64,000 nt of DNA from an uncultured delta proteobacterium (GTDB lineage: Bacteria; Desulfobacterota; Desulfomonilia; UBA1062). A program made the position numbers and the translations under genes. Position 1 is the stretch's first letter. Each line of letters starts with the position of its first letter. Location of the stretch: positions 224,001-288,000 of the forward strand of contig CAWAUM010000001.1 of NCBI GenBank assembly GCA_963785235.1, given 5' to 3'. The notes beneath the pieces were generated by a model. That model made no database searches. It was not told the DNA's origin and worked only from the letters and a program-made list of their open reading frames with translations. Below are positions 10,397 to 19,182 of this stretch, piece after piece.

Positions 10397-11088
10397 GGCT
10401 TCCCTGCCGCCATAAAACACAGGACGATGCGGAAAAGCCCTTCTGGATATCGTTTTCCGATATGATGACGGCGCTCATGGTGCTTTTCCTGGTGGTCATG
10501 ACCGTGACGCTCCTTGCGGTCACCCATACCGTTTCACAGGCCGAGCGCATGAAGACGGCAAAGGGATGCGGAGATCAGCAAGCTCATGGCGAAGATACGG
10601 GAGGCTTCACGGGATTTCCCCGGCATCACCCTTAAGGGCAATACCATCGACTTCGGCGACCAGGCCCGCTTCGAAACCGACAGCAACCGCCTCACCCGTG
10701 AGCAGGCGCAGCATTTGAGGGCCTTTGTGCCCAGTGTATTGAAGATAGCCCGCGACCCTTTGGGTAAAAAATGGCTTAAGCGGGTGGTGGTGGAAGGGTA
10801 TGCCGACCAGCGCGGGACGTACCTGCATAACCTTGACCTGAGCATGCAGCGTTCCGAAAGGGTGCTGTGCGCCCTGCTGGCCATGCCGGAACCTCAAGAG
10901 AAATCCCTGAACCACCGGATGACCGTCTGCTTATCCAGCAGCTTTTCCTGGTGGGCGGGGCATCGTTCAATTCTTTGAAAAAAACCCTGGAGGAGAGCAG
11001 GCGGATAGAGCTGAAACTGGAGTTCCTGGAGATGGGAGAAACCAGGCCCATAACGCCCCCCATACAACTGGCTGCAGACCAGTACTGA
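10384..11088 (+). CDS. zorB: Zorya ZorB (MotB/OmpA-like), frameshifts near 10560 and 10910
   Basis: AEKPFWISFSDMMTALMVLFLVVM, GKKWLKRVVVEGYAD..G.YLHNLDLSMQRSERVLCALL, LFLVGGASFN...ESRRIEL closely follow type I ZorB. Confidence 0.92.
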
Positions 11089-11102
11089 GAGCTGGATTAA
11101 CC

Positions 11103-12516
11103 ATGAACGCGCTCGACCTGTTACGCTTCAAGCTGCATCAGTCGTTTTCTTCTGTGTTTCATGATGCCACGTGGGGACAGCCCGAACTCATGACCAAGGT
11201 CCTTCAAGAAGTGTGCGCTGCATTTGATACCTCTGCAGATACCACCTCCAGAAGGTCCATCGGCTCAGACCCTGCTGTCTTTTCGAGCATCCGCCAAGCT
11301 GCCCACATTTTTAGACCTGAAATATGCGTGCATAGGCATTTCCCAGCAGGCTGGAGACGACGGCTGGCGGTTGCTGGAAGACAGGGACCTCTTTGCAGTC
11401 GTACTGGATGGTGTCAGCTCCCAGGCGCATAATCCCAGGCGCTTCAGGAAATGCTACCAGGGGCTTCTGAGCGGGTATTTCGACTACAATATATTCGATG
11501 CTGCCGTACCGGAGCAGGGCAGGAAGAACTGGCTGAGCCTGCGCTCTTTTCTCCGGGATCATCTGGGCGTAATTCAGCGGGCCGTGCCCGTGCTCAGCTG
11601 GGTCAAGGTTATCAGCAGCCACATGAACCTGCTTGACGATAACCCGTGCGAACGCTATGGCGCTGCACTGGCACAGGGCGACTACGCGGAACTGAAGTCG
11701 GCCTTCAAGGGCCTCCTCATCCCTAAGAATTCGTGGATCTGGGAGGTCATAGTCCTGGCGCGCATCAGGGCCATATGCAGTTTCACGGATGATGAATTCA
11801 AGAAACAGCTTGCAGTGTCTCTGGCCATGGCTAGCCATAACTCCGGCATTATACTCTCTGAGATACTGAAGAAGAAGTGTCTCGCGCAGCTCATAGGCCG
11901 TTATGCACGGTGTGCAGCAAGGCCGGAAAACGCCTTGCTCTGTGACTGCGCCATATCAATACTGGGAAATCCATGGGTCAACCGGGCGGCATGGGATGCA
12001 CATGTACACGATGATACCGCGAGAACCATGATCGAATCCTGGCTGAAACGTAGATTGATCACTGATTATTTCCACCTGCTCGGCCGGGACAGGTCGGTGG
12101 ATATGCAACGCCTTAAGTACTGGCTGAATTTCATCCCCAAGATAGAAGACATGTGGTTCGCGCTGGGCCCCTATGCATTGAACCATCCCGGGGCGGTTTT
12201 CAAGGAATTCCGGGAGATAGCCAAAGACCGCATCCTGGCCCTTGAAAGTCCGGGCTGTGATGAAGACAACGCACTCATCATGAAGATTGACGACTATGTC
12301 TTTGTGGAGTTCGGATCAACAGAGAATTCCTGCCTGGTCTTCAAGAGCAACGACCTGCCTTTTGATCTGGACAAGAAATGGATCTATATCGGCTCGAAAG
12401 CAGGTTCCGGCCTGCCGCACAGGCTTAATATGAAGCATTCGCTGCGGAAAAACAGCACCCTGAAATTTCCAGTTGCTGACCCATCATCAAGGGACGCCAT
12501 TAAAAAATCAGCTTAA
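11103..12516 (+). CDS. zorC: Zorya ZorC (EH-signature domain protein), frameshift near 11265
   Basis: Follows zorB; R..YWLNF...IEDMWFALG, NALIMKIDDYVFVEFG..ENSC and a downstream His fit the EH-signature domain. Confidence 0.8.
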
Positions 12517-12748
12517 AAACCGGATTTTGCGGGTAAGAAGAGTAAAGACTTTTTTCCGTTCAAATCCATCACCAAAGCAGCCTTCGTGAAATGCTAATTT
12601 TAGCGGTCCTTCCAGGCTGCTTTGGTGATGGATTTGAACGGACCTATTTAAAGAACAGTTTCATGCTCACTATGAGTGCTCTGCTAATGGCCACCTCCAG
12701 ATGCATGAAGCCCTTGTGGTTACATCCAAACGCAAAAACCGGGGTTAA
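12513..12748. repeat. MITE/REP-like element family A, copy 1
   Basis: TTAA ends with imperfect terminal IRs (ttaaaaaccggattttgcg / cgcaaaaaccggggttaa); perfect 29-bp internal IR 12555-12583 / 12614-12642; homologous to 26126-26341. Confidence 0.75.
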
Positions 12749-12755
12749 GGCCCCG

Positions 12756-13490
12756 CTATGTTTTTGTCCGGCTGAGGCTTCTCTGGATGCGGGACTGTAT
12801 CTTCTGCTGGAACAGTCTCCTTATAATATATCCACGGAACAGGTTGGCAGCCCGGGTGAGATTCGTGGTTATCTCAGCGTTATCCTTTGCGGACATGCCC
12901 CGGATGATCCTTTTGCGAAACGCCACCTCATGGTCGGTGATCTCATGGCCGAGACGGACATAGAACTCGAAATCATTTGGGTCGATGCCGAATTGATAGA
13001 CCTGCCGGATAGCTTCCCTGGCTACGGTAACGTCTTCAGGGTTGTATAGGCAGTTCTCCTTTTCCCTCAGGTAAGGCATAATAAGGCCGATCCGCTCCAC
13101 CTCATCGAGCTGCTCGGGCTTCAAACCGGTCAGGCTTAAGAACTCCGCCCGGTCTACCAAGTTCATCTCCCCATCGGCTATGGGTGCGAACACTGCATCC
13201 TCAACCGCCGAAGACTCTTCAAAGGTAAAACCGTCGTCCATGCGGCGCAGGATATTTTTGATCATTGCCAAAGGGTAGTACTTTTTTTCCTGCAGATGCT
13301 GGATTGCGTAGAGTTTCTTGATGCAGATCTCGTTGTAGTAGGCCATCTTTTTATTGACCTTTTCCGGGGCAGGAAGGAGGCCTTCTTTCACGTAGTAACG
13401 GATCGTCGAGACAGGGACCCCGCTTTTTCTGGAGAGTTCTCCTATTTTAAGGCCCATGTCTTTATCGTCCTTTTCAGCTTCTGCGCTCAA
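12756..13490 (-). CDS. MerR-family transcriptional regulator
   Basis: LKIGELSRKSGVPVSTIRYYVKEGLL HTH plus a second MerR-like repeat. Confidence 0.9.
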   Translation of the reverse strand: MSAEAEKDDKDMGLKIGELSRKSGVPVSTIRYYVKEGLLPAPEKVNKKMAYYNEICIKKLYAIQHLQEKKYYPLAMIKNILRRMDDGFTFEESSAVEDAVFAPIADGEMNLVDRAEFLSLTGLKPEQLDEVERIGLIMPYLREKENCLYNPEDVTVAREAIRQVYQFGIDPNDFEFYVRLGHEITDHEVAFRKRIIRGMSAKDNAEITTNLTRAANLFRGYIIRRLFQQKIQSRIQRSLSRTKT

Positions 13491-13493
13491 CTA

Positions 13494-14531
13494 TCAAGCA
13501 AAAACGCCCGACATCCTTTTCTCGATGGCCTCCGCTTCATTCACGATCCGATCCAGAAGCTCCTTGACCGATGGCTCGTCATTGATCAAGCCGCCGCACT
13601 GACCCACGGGCAGGATCCCCTTTCCAAGGTCACCTTCTTCAGTGGCCAGCTGGAAGGCCTTGGAGGCGTTTGCCAGATACGCGAACTGCATGGAGGTCTT
13701 CCAGCCTGACAGCAGGACACCGATGAAGAGCTTGATGAAGGGCAGACGCAGCGACTTGGCAATATCCTGAGCATTGAAGAATGCTGCGGGCAGGTTCAAG
13801 CCTTTCTTTTTGGCGCGCTGGGCCGTCTCGGTATCCAAAACCCGGCACCAGAGCCCGTCGATGCGTTTTGAGTACAGGGTTTGGGCGGTATCCATCTTGA
13901 TGGAGAGATCTTTGTAGTTTCTGTGCAGAGGGCTTTCCTTGGTGGTCATAAGCCTGGTCCCCATGGCGACACCTTCGGCGCCGAGCGCGATCGCTGCGGC
14001 CAGGCCCCGCCCGTCTGCTATGCCGCCTGCCGCAACCACAGGGATGGTCAGGGTATCAACAAGGCTCGGTATGAGGCAGAATGTGGTGATGAATTCACCG
14101 TGGGCCGCCGCCTCATTACCCGTTGCTATTACGGCATCGCATCCATAATCCTGGGCCCGCTTGGCGTGACGTGCGGTTACTACGGTGGCCACAACCTTGC
14201 CGCCGTATTTGTGGGCTTCCTCTACAATCCAATCCCCCTTGCCCAGGGCGAAGTTGATCACCGGGACCTGCTCTTCTAAAAGAACCTTTGCAGACTCCTT
14301 GGCGCCGGGAAACAGGAGCGATGCGTTGGCACCGAAGGGCTTGTCCGTGAGCTTGCGGATCTGTTTAATAGCCGAGCGGGTCTGCTCCTTCTCCAGGGGG
14401 CCTGTGGCGAGTATCCCCAGACCGCCTGCATTTGAAACGGCAGCCACCATCTCGGGTACGCTGATCCAGCTCATTCCGGAAAGGAAGATAGGGTAGTCAA
14501 TGCCCATCATTTCGGTGATCCTTGTCTTCAT
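13494..14531 (-). CDS. Nitronate monooxygenase / FabK-like enoyl-ACP(CoA) reductase family flavoprotein
   Basis: MKTRITEMMGIDYPI, AVSNAGGLG, G.EAAAH, PVVAAGGIADGRG, GVAMGTR. Confidence 0.9.
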   Translation of the reverse strand: MKTRITEMMGIDYPIFLSGMSWISVPEMVAAVSNAGGLGILATGPLEKEQTRSAIKQIRKLTDKPFGANASLLFPGAKESAKVLLEEQVPVINFALGKGDWIVEEAHKYGGKVVATVVTARHAKRAQDYGCDAVIATGNEAAAHGEFITTFCLIPSLVDTLTIPVVAAGGIADGRGLAAAIALGAEGVAMGTRLMTTKESPLHRNYKDLSIKMDTAQTLYSKRIDGLWCRVLDTETAQRAKKKGLNLPAAFFNAQDIAKSLRLPFIKLFIGVLLSGWKTSMQFAYLANASKAFQLATEEGDLGKGILPVGQCGGLINDEPSVKELLDRIVNEAEAIEKRMSGVFA

Positions 14532-14562
14532 AATGCCCTCCAGGTAGGTTTGTTAGGAATGA

Positions 14563-14591
14563 ACTATAAAGTATTACTTCATTCTTTACAA
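14563..14591 (-). promoter_or_regulatory. Sigma-70 promoter of the FabK-like/MerR operon with a palindrome in the spacer
   Basis: Minus strand TTGTAA-17 nt-TATAGT; spacer contains AAGTAATACTT. Confidence 0.55.
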
Positions 14592-14680
14592 TAAAAAAAT
14601 ATCAAGAGTGAATTGTTCTCACTGTGAAAAAGAGGTTGTCCTTGAGATACCCCTGCACAGCAGCAAAAAAGGCAAAGAAG

Positions 14681-14751
14681 AAAATTGGCCCGTTCAAAAC
14701 ATGGATCTTGGTGAAACCAAGATCCATGTTTTGAACGGGTAAGGTTTTTTC
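14681..14751. repeat. Palindromic REP-like element family B, copy 1
   Basis: 23-bp perfect IR 14689-14711 / 14717-14739; reverse-complement homolog at 18261-18331. Confidence 0.8.
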
Positions 14752-15013
14752 TCCCCAGGTATATAGTTTTCTGGAAGTTATTAGGAGAAGTTTTCTTCAG
14801 GAATTCCTTCTTTGCGAAAAGGGCACCCTAATGATAGAGGTTGGTAGACACTTTATCCAAGGAGGCATATGCATGTCAGGAGCCATCCTTGTAATAAGGA
14901 GAATATCCCCCTTGAATGGGCATTGTATGAATCGCACGCCATCCAGGCCAAGGCCTTTGAATGTAAATCCAGGCTTTATGCCGACAGGTATATCTCCTGC
15001 GGGGACTGAACAC

Positions 15014-15532
15014 TTGAGTGCCCCGGTACCGCGCCTGCCCAGGCTGATTGAATCAGATCCCCGAGCACCGCAGGTTCTGTGCATGCTCAGCGCAAACACA
15101 AGGCTGCTGTGGAAGGAGGGTGAGATCGAGGTGACGGTCGCCAAGCTCAGTCCAGAGCTGGAAACGGCCTTGCGGTGTGCCCATAATGCCGGACAGGTGG
15201 TCCAAGGGTTGGAGAGCGCGGAGCGCAGACTTCTTCTTGAAGAGCGGGGGCTGCGTCTGGCTGATAAGAAAAGCAGCGTGCAGCGCGGTGAGCGTGTTTC
15301 GCGCCTGCTGATGATGTCCGACGACGGAGCCGAGCGCTTTTATCGCAAGGTGGAGTCGCTTCTGCGCCGGCACGGGCCGCGTATGCTCGCAGTACGTCTT
15401 GAGGTGGATGCTGCCACCCTGGGAGAACTGATCTTCGGCAAGGGGCGTCTTGCCCGGCTGCTGATGCTCGAACACAAGGAGGCAGTCAGCGCAGTGCTCC
15501 TGGCTATGGCCGGCCGTGCCGAGGGAGCATGA
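15014..15532 (+). CDS. Hypothetical protein with L7Ae/L30e-like sequence pattern
   Basis: Probable TTG start after GGGGA; GQVVQGLE...RLLMMSDDG.ERF.RKV...LGELIFGK...LLML follows the L7Ae/YlxQ pattern. Confidence 0.55.
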   Translation: MSAPVPRLPRLIESDPRAPQVLCMLSANTRLLWKEGEIEVTVAKLSPELETALRCAHNAGQVVQGLESAERRLLLEERGLRLADKKSSVQRGERVSRLLMMSDDGAERFYRKVESLLRRHGPRMLAVRLEVDAATLGELIFGKGRLARLLMLEHKEAVSAVLLAMAGRAEGA

Positions 15533-15641
15533 CAAACAATTCGATCGTATAGTTGACAGAATGCATGCTGTTCCATTAGCTGTATCCAGATACAAAAATG
15601 GACGCCGACTGAGAAAATACTTACTTTAGAGGACAACATTC

Positions 15642-16532
15642 ATGAAGCTCTTGCGAAACTGGTTTCTAGCAACGAGGCCCTGGTCATTTTCCATGACAGT
15701 GATATCGGTGAGTGTCGGAAGCGTCCTTGCGGCCATAGAGGGTCAATTTTCCTGGTTTCTCTACCTTCTTACCGTAACAGGCGCCGTGTTCATGCATGCG
15801 GGCACGAACCTTTTGAATGATTATTACGATGTAAGAAACGGCCTTGATACTTTGTCGGCAGCAACGGCGCAGTACCGGCCTCACCCAATTGTTCACGGTC
15901 TGGTGCCTGCCCGGCAGGTGCGCCTGGGGGCCTATGGCCTTTTTTGCGCTGCCTGCGCCATAGGGCTCTATCTCACTTTTGTCAGTGGCCCTATGGTATT
16001 GTGCATCGGCTTGATAGGTATCCTGGCTGGAATAGGTTATACCGCTCCACCCATGAGATATAAATATTTCGCATTGGGCGAGGTATCGGTATTTCTCATG
16101 TGGGGGCCTCTCATGGTCGAAGGCGCCTACTATGTTCAAAGGCACATCTTAAGCTTCAATGCGCTGCTCATATCCATCCCCTTCGGAATACTGGTTGCAT
16201 TGGTGATCTTTGCAAACAACATCCGGGACATAGAGCATGACAGCAGAGAGCATATCAGGACCGTTGCCATTTGGCTCGGGCCCAGAGCAGGTATACATGT
16301 CTATCTTGCCATCATGATCCTTGCATACCTGAGCACGCTCATCATCACCTTATTGGGCGTACTCACCCCATGGGGGCTCCTGGTATTCCTCTCCCTGCCG
16401 CTGGCAATAAAACTTCTCCGGCAGATGGAGACAAGCATCCCGGCAGATGCCGATGCCCAGACAGCCAAACTCGACACGGCCTTTGGAGTTCTTCTTGTAA
16501 CAGGTCTGGTCATCCAGAGGCTCATGGGATGA
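15642..16532 (+). CDS. menA: 1,4-dihydroxy-2-naphthoate octaprenyltransferase (UbiA family)
   Basis: ATRPWS, NLLNDYYD...GLD, YTAPP...KY..LGE, NNIRDIEHD. Confidence 0.88.
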   Translation: MKLLRNWFLATRPWSFSMTVISVSVGSVLAAIEGQFSWFLYLLTVTGAVFMHAGTNLLNDYYDVRNGLDTLSAATAQYRPHPIVHGLVPARQVRLGAYGLFCAACAIGLYLTFVSGPMVLCIGLIGILAGIGYTAPPMRYKYFALGEVSVFLMWGPLMVEGAYYVQRHILSFNALLISIPFGILVALVIFANNIRDIEHDSREHIRTVAIWLGPRAGIHVYLAIMILAYLSTLIITLLGVLTPWGLLVFLSLPLAIKLLRQMETSIPADADAQTAKLDTAFGVLLVTGLVIQRLMG

Positions 16533-17155
16533 ATCATGCCGGATTCCGACCAAGGCTGGTATGGTTTACAGTCATACTGGCCTTTGGGCTGTGGTTTGTA
16601 ACCTTTTACCTGGATTGGCTGAATTTCTGGATCAAGATATCTTTTAGTGCAGCCACGCTTGGGGCATTGTCCGTATGGGCGCACACCTTGAGGGATAACA
16701 GGCTGTGCTTTGACAGAACCGCTGTTTTCCAAGGGCTTGTTGCTGCTGTTGCCCTCTATGTAGTATTCTGGGCAGGGCAAACGGTATCATCATACATCTT
16801 CCCTTTTGCCTCACACCAGGTCAGCGCCATTTACGGCAAAGGGGCAGGATTTTCGCGTTTCAGTATTTTCTTCCTCCTGCTTCTCGTCACAGGACCATGT
16901 GAAGAGATTTTCTGGCGGGGCTTTCTGCAGCGCAACCTCATGGGCCGTTACGGCGAATTCCCAGGCTGGCTTCTGGCCACAGCGATCTATACCGGCGTGC
17001 ATATCTGGTCTTTCAACTTCATGCTTATCGGGGCGGCAGCTGTTGCAGGTGCTTTCTGGGGGCTTCTCTACATGAAGCTGAAGCGTCTGGATACCCTCAT
17101 CATCTGTCATTCCCTCTGGAGTGCATGTATCTTTGCCGTAGTTCCATTGATGTGA
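16529..17155 (+). CDS. CPBP (CAAX/Abi) family intramembrane protease
   Basis: EEIFWRGF, YTGVH, ICHSLW motifs; ATGA overlap with menA. Confidence 0.85.
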   Translation: MNHAGFRPRLVWFTVILAFGLWFVTFYLDWLNFWIKISFSAATLGALSVWAHTLRDNRLCFDRTAVFQGLVAAVALYVVFWAGQTVSSYIFPFASHQVSAIYGKGAGFSRFSIFFLLLLVTGPCEEIFWRGFLQRNLMGRYGEFPGWLLATAIYTGVHIWSFNFMLIGAAAVAGAFWGLLYMKLKRLDTLIICHSLWSACIFAVVPLM

Positions 17156-17257
17156 TACACGATTAATAATTCTGACCTCTTTTTTTCAGGTGTCGCATGA
17201 GTGAATATCCAGATCCTTGGGAAAGGACCGATAGATCATTATTGAGGAGACGCTACA

Positions 17258-18199
17258 TTGCTTTATAAAGAGATACCCCATCATATAGCCTTTATTAATC
17301 AGAAAAGTACTATTGATATTTATGTTAAGATCAGGGGCGACTACCGCCTGTTTGCCGCCAGAGGGGCACTCTTGTCCGATGAACAATACCGGCAGTTCAA
17401 CAAGGAGTTGATGAAGCTCTATTTCATGGTGCAGGACTCCGTTGACCCTGAAGAGAGTCTGGACGCCCACCTTATGGATATTTTGACCAGTCCTGAGGTG
17501 AGCCCGCAGGCGAAAGCGGATATCGCATATTCAACATCCATGAAATCCATCCAGGATGTATTCCAGGGGGTCAATTCGAGGACCTTGTCCGCGCTGAAAA
17601 AGGTTTCAAAAAAAATCGTAAAAATGATCCTGACAGACAGTAAGGTCATTGATAATTTCATGACAATCACCAGTGACGACCATTACACCTTCATGCATTC
17701 GGTAAAGGTGGGGATCTATGGCACAGCCATGGCGATCAATCTTTTTCAGGATAAGGTCAGGGACCACAATATCGATGAATTGAGCATGTCATTTTTCCTC
17801 CATGATATCGGAATGACAAAGGTCCCGAGCACTATCCTGAATAAGAAAGAACCTTTAACCGACAGCGAATGGGAGACCATACGGGAACACCCCCTCTGGG
17901 GACAGGACCGGCTCAGGAAGGCACGTTACGAAAGTAATGAGTCAACCGAGATCATCCTGTATCACCATGAGAGGTGCGATGGGAACGGATATCCATTTAA
18001 AAAAACAGGCAGTCAGATCCCTTTCTATGCAAAGATATGCGCCATTGCCGATACCTTCGAGTCCCTGACTACAGGGAGGCCTTTCAGATCACCCAAGAGT
18101 GCGTTTGAGACACTCAGGATCATGCAGGTGGAGATGGCCCGGGAGTTCGATCCCGAGCTGTTCAGGGCCTTCGTTATGCTCCTCGGCCCCGGCAGATAG
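17258..18199 (+). CDS. HD-GYP domain phosphodiesterase
   Basis: HSVKV, LHDIG, HHERCDGNGYP, ADTFESLT..RPF. Confidence 0.9.
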   Translation: MLYKEIPHHIAFINQKSTIDIYVKIRGDYRLFAARGALLSDEQYRQFNKELMKLYFMVQDSVDPEESLDAHLMDILTSPEVSPQAKADIAYSTSMKSIQDVFQGVNSRTLSALKKVSKKIVKMILTDSKVIDNFMTITSDDHYTFMHSVKVGIYGTAMAINLFQDKVRDHNIDELSMSFFLHDIGMTKVPSTILNKKEPLTDSEWETIREHPLWGQDRLRKARYESNESTEIILYHHERCDGNGYPFKKTGSQIPFYAKICAIADTFESLTTGRPFRSPKSAFETLRIMQVEMAREFDPELFRAFVMLLGPGR

Positions 18200-18260
18200 C
18201 TTCTCCCTGACCACCTGGTTAAGAATAGAGCGGATCTACCATAATTCCTTTCACGGCAAG

Positions 18261-18331
18261 GAAAAAACCTTACCTGTTCAAATCATGAATCTCGGCTTCA
18301 CCGAGATTCATGATTTGAACAGGCCAATTTT
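18261..18331. repeat. Palindromic REP-like element family B, copy 2
   Basis: 23-bp perfect IR 18273-18295 / 18301-18323 with the same flanks as copy 1, inverted. Confidence 0.8.
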
Positions 18332-18371
18332 TTTACCCTGCTTAATCGCAAAATCTAGATTAAAATCCCCC

Positions 18372-18421
18372 TTGCCCTTCCTGCCAGTAAGGTATATATT
18401 GTCAGCTGGCAATACCACCAG
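18372..18421 (+). promoter_or_regulatory. Sigma-70 promoter and FadR/GntR-type operator of the GRE operon
   Basis: TTGCCC-17 nt-TATATT followed by TGGCAATACCA (18407-18417), similar to the TGGTnnnACCA FadR-subfamily box. Confidence 0.55.
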
Positions 18422-18441
18422 CCACATACAATGGAGACTCC

Positions 18442-19182
18442 ATGAAAGATATCCTGAAGCCGCTTCATTCAGAGAGCCTGGTAGAAGTGTTCATATCGCG
18501 CTTCGAAAATCTCATCCTCACCGGCAAGATCGCCATCGGCCGGAAGTTGCCCTCGGAGCGCGAGCTGGCCCTGCAGTTGGGTGTGAGCAGGCCCGTGGTG
18601 CACGAGGGGCTTGTGGATCTGGCTGCCAAGGGCCTGGTCACCATGAAGCCGCGGGTGGGGACAATGGTGAATGACTACAGGAAAGAGGGATCGCTCAGTA
18701 TCCTGAACTCCATCATCAACTACCAGCAGGGCTCGCTTGACGAGGACCTTCTGGAAAGCCTGCTGGCCACGAGGCTCCTGGTGGAGACCGAGAACACCCG
18801 GCTCGCTGCGGCCAATCGCACCGAAGAACACGTAAAAGAGTTTCGAGTGATCCTTGAGGCGGAAGAAGCCATTGGCCTAAAAGATGTGAAAAAGATCACT
18901 GCGCTTGACTTCAGCTTCCACCATACCATCGGCATGGCCTCGGGCAATGTCATTTACCCCATGCTCATCAACTCGTTCAAGCCCGTGTACATGAATTTCA
19001 CCGGCATATTTTTTTCAGAACCCGCCAATGTAGCAGAAACGATTCAATTCCACCGCAGGCTCGTGGAAGCCATAACGGACAAGAACGCCGTGCAGGCGGT
19101 AAGCATCATGATCGAGACACTGCACCACGGCGAAATGCATGTGCGCACAATCCTCAACCAGCCCAAAAGGAGAAGGCCATGA
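18442..19182 (+). CDS. GntR/FadR-family transcriptional regulator
   Basis: KLPSERELALQLGVSRPVVHE HTH; FCD domain D.SFH...SGN. Confidence 0.93.
   Translation: MKDILKPLHSESLVEVFISRFENLILTGKIAIGRKLPSERELALQLGVSRPVVHEGLVDLAAKGLVTMKPRVGTMVNDYRKEGSLSILNSIINYQQGSLDEDLLESLLATRLLVETENTRLAAANRTEEHVKEFRVILEAEEAIGLKDVKKITALDFSFHHTIGMASGNVIYPMLINSFKPVYMNFTGIFFSEPANVAETIQFHRRLVEAITDKNAVQAVSIMIETLHHGEMHVRTILNQPKRRRP

Noticed and set aside
8390-11088. Flagellar MotA/MotB or ExbB/TolQ assignment
   Set aside because: The long ZorA tail, ZorB-specific motifs and adjacent EH-signature gene fit Zorya; no flagellar genes in the window
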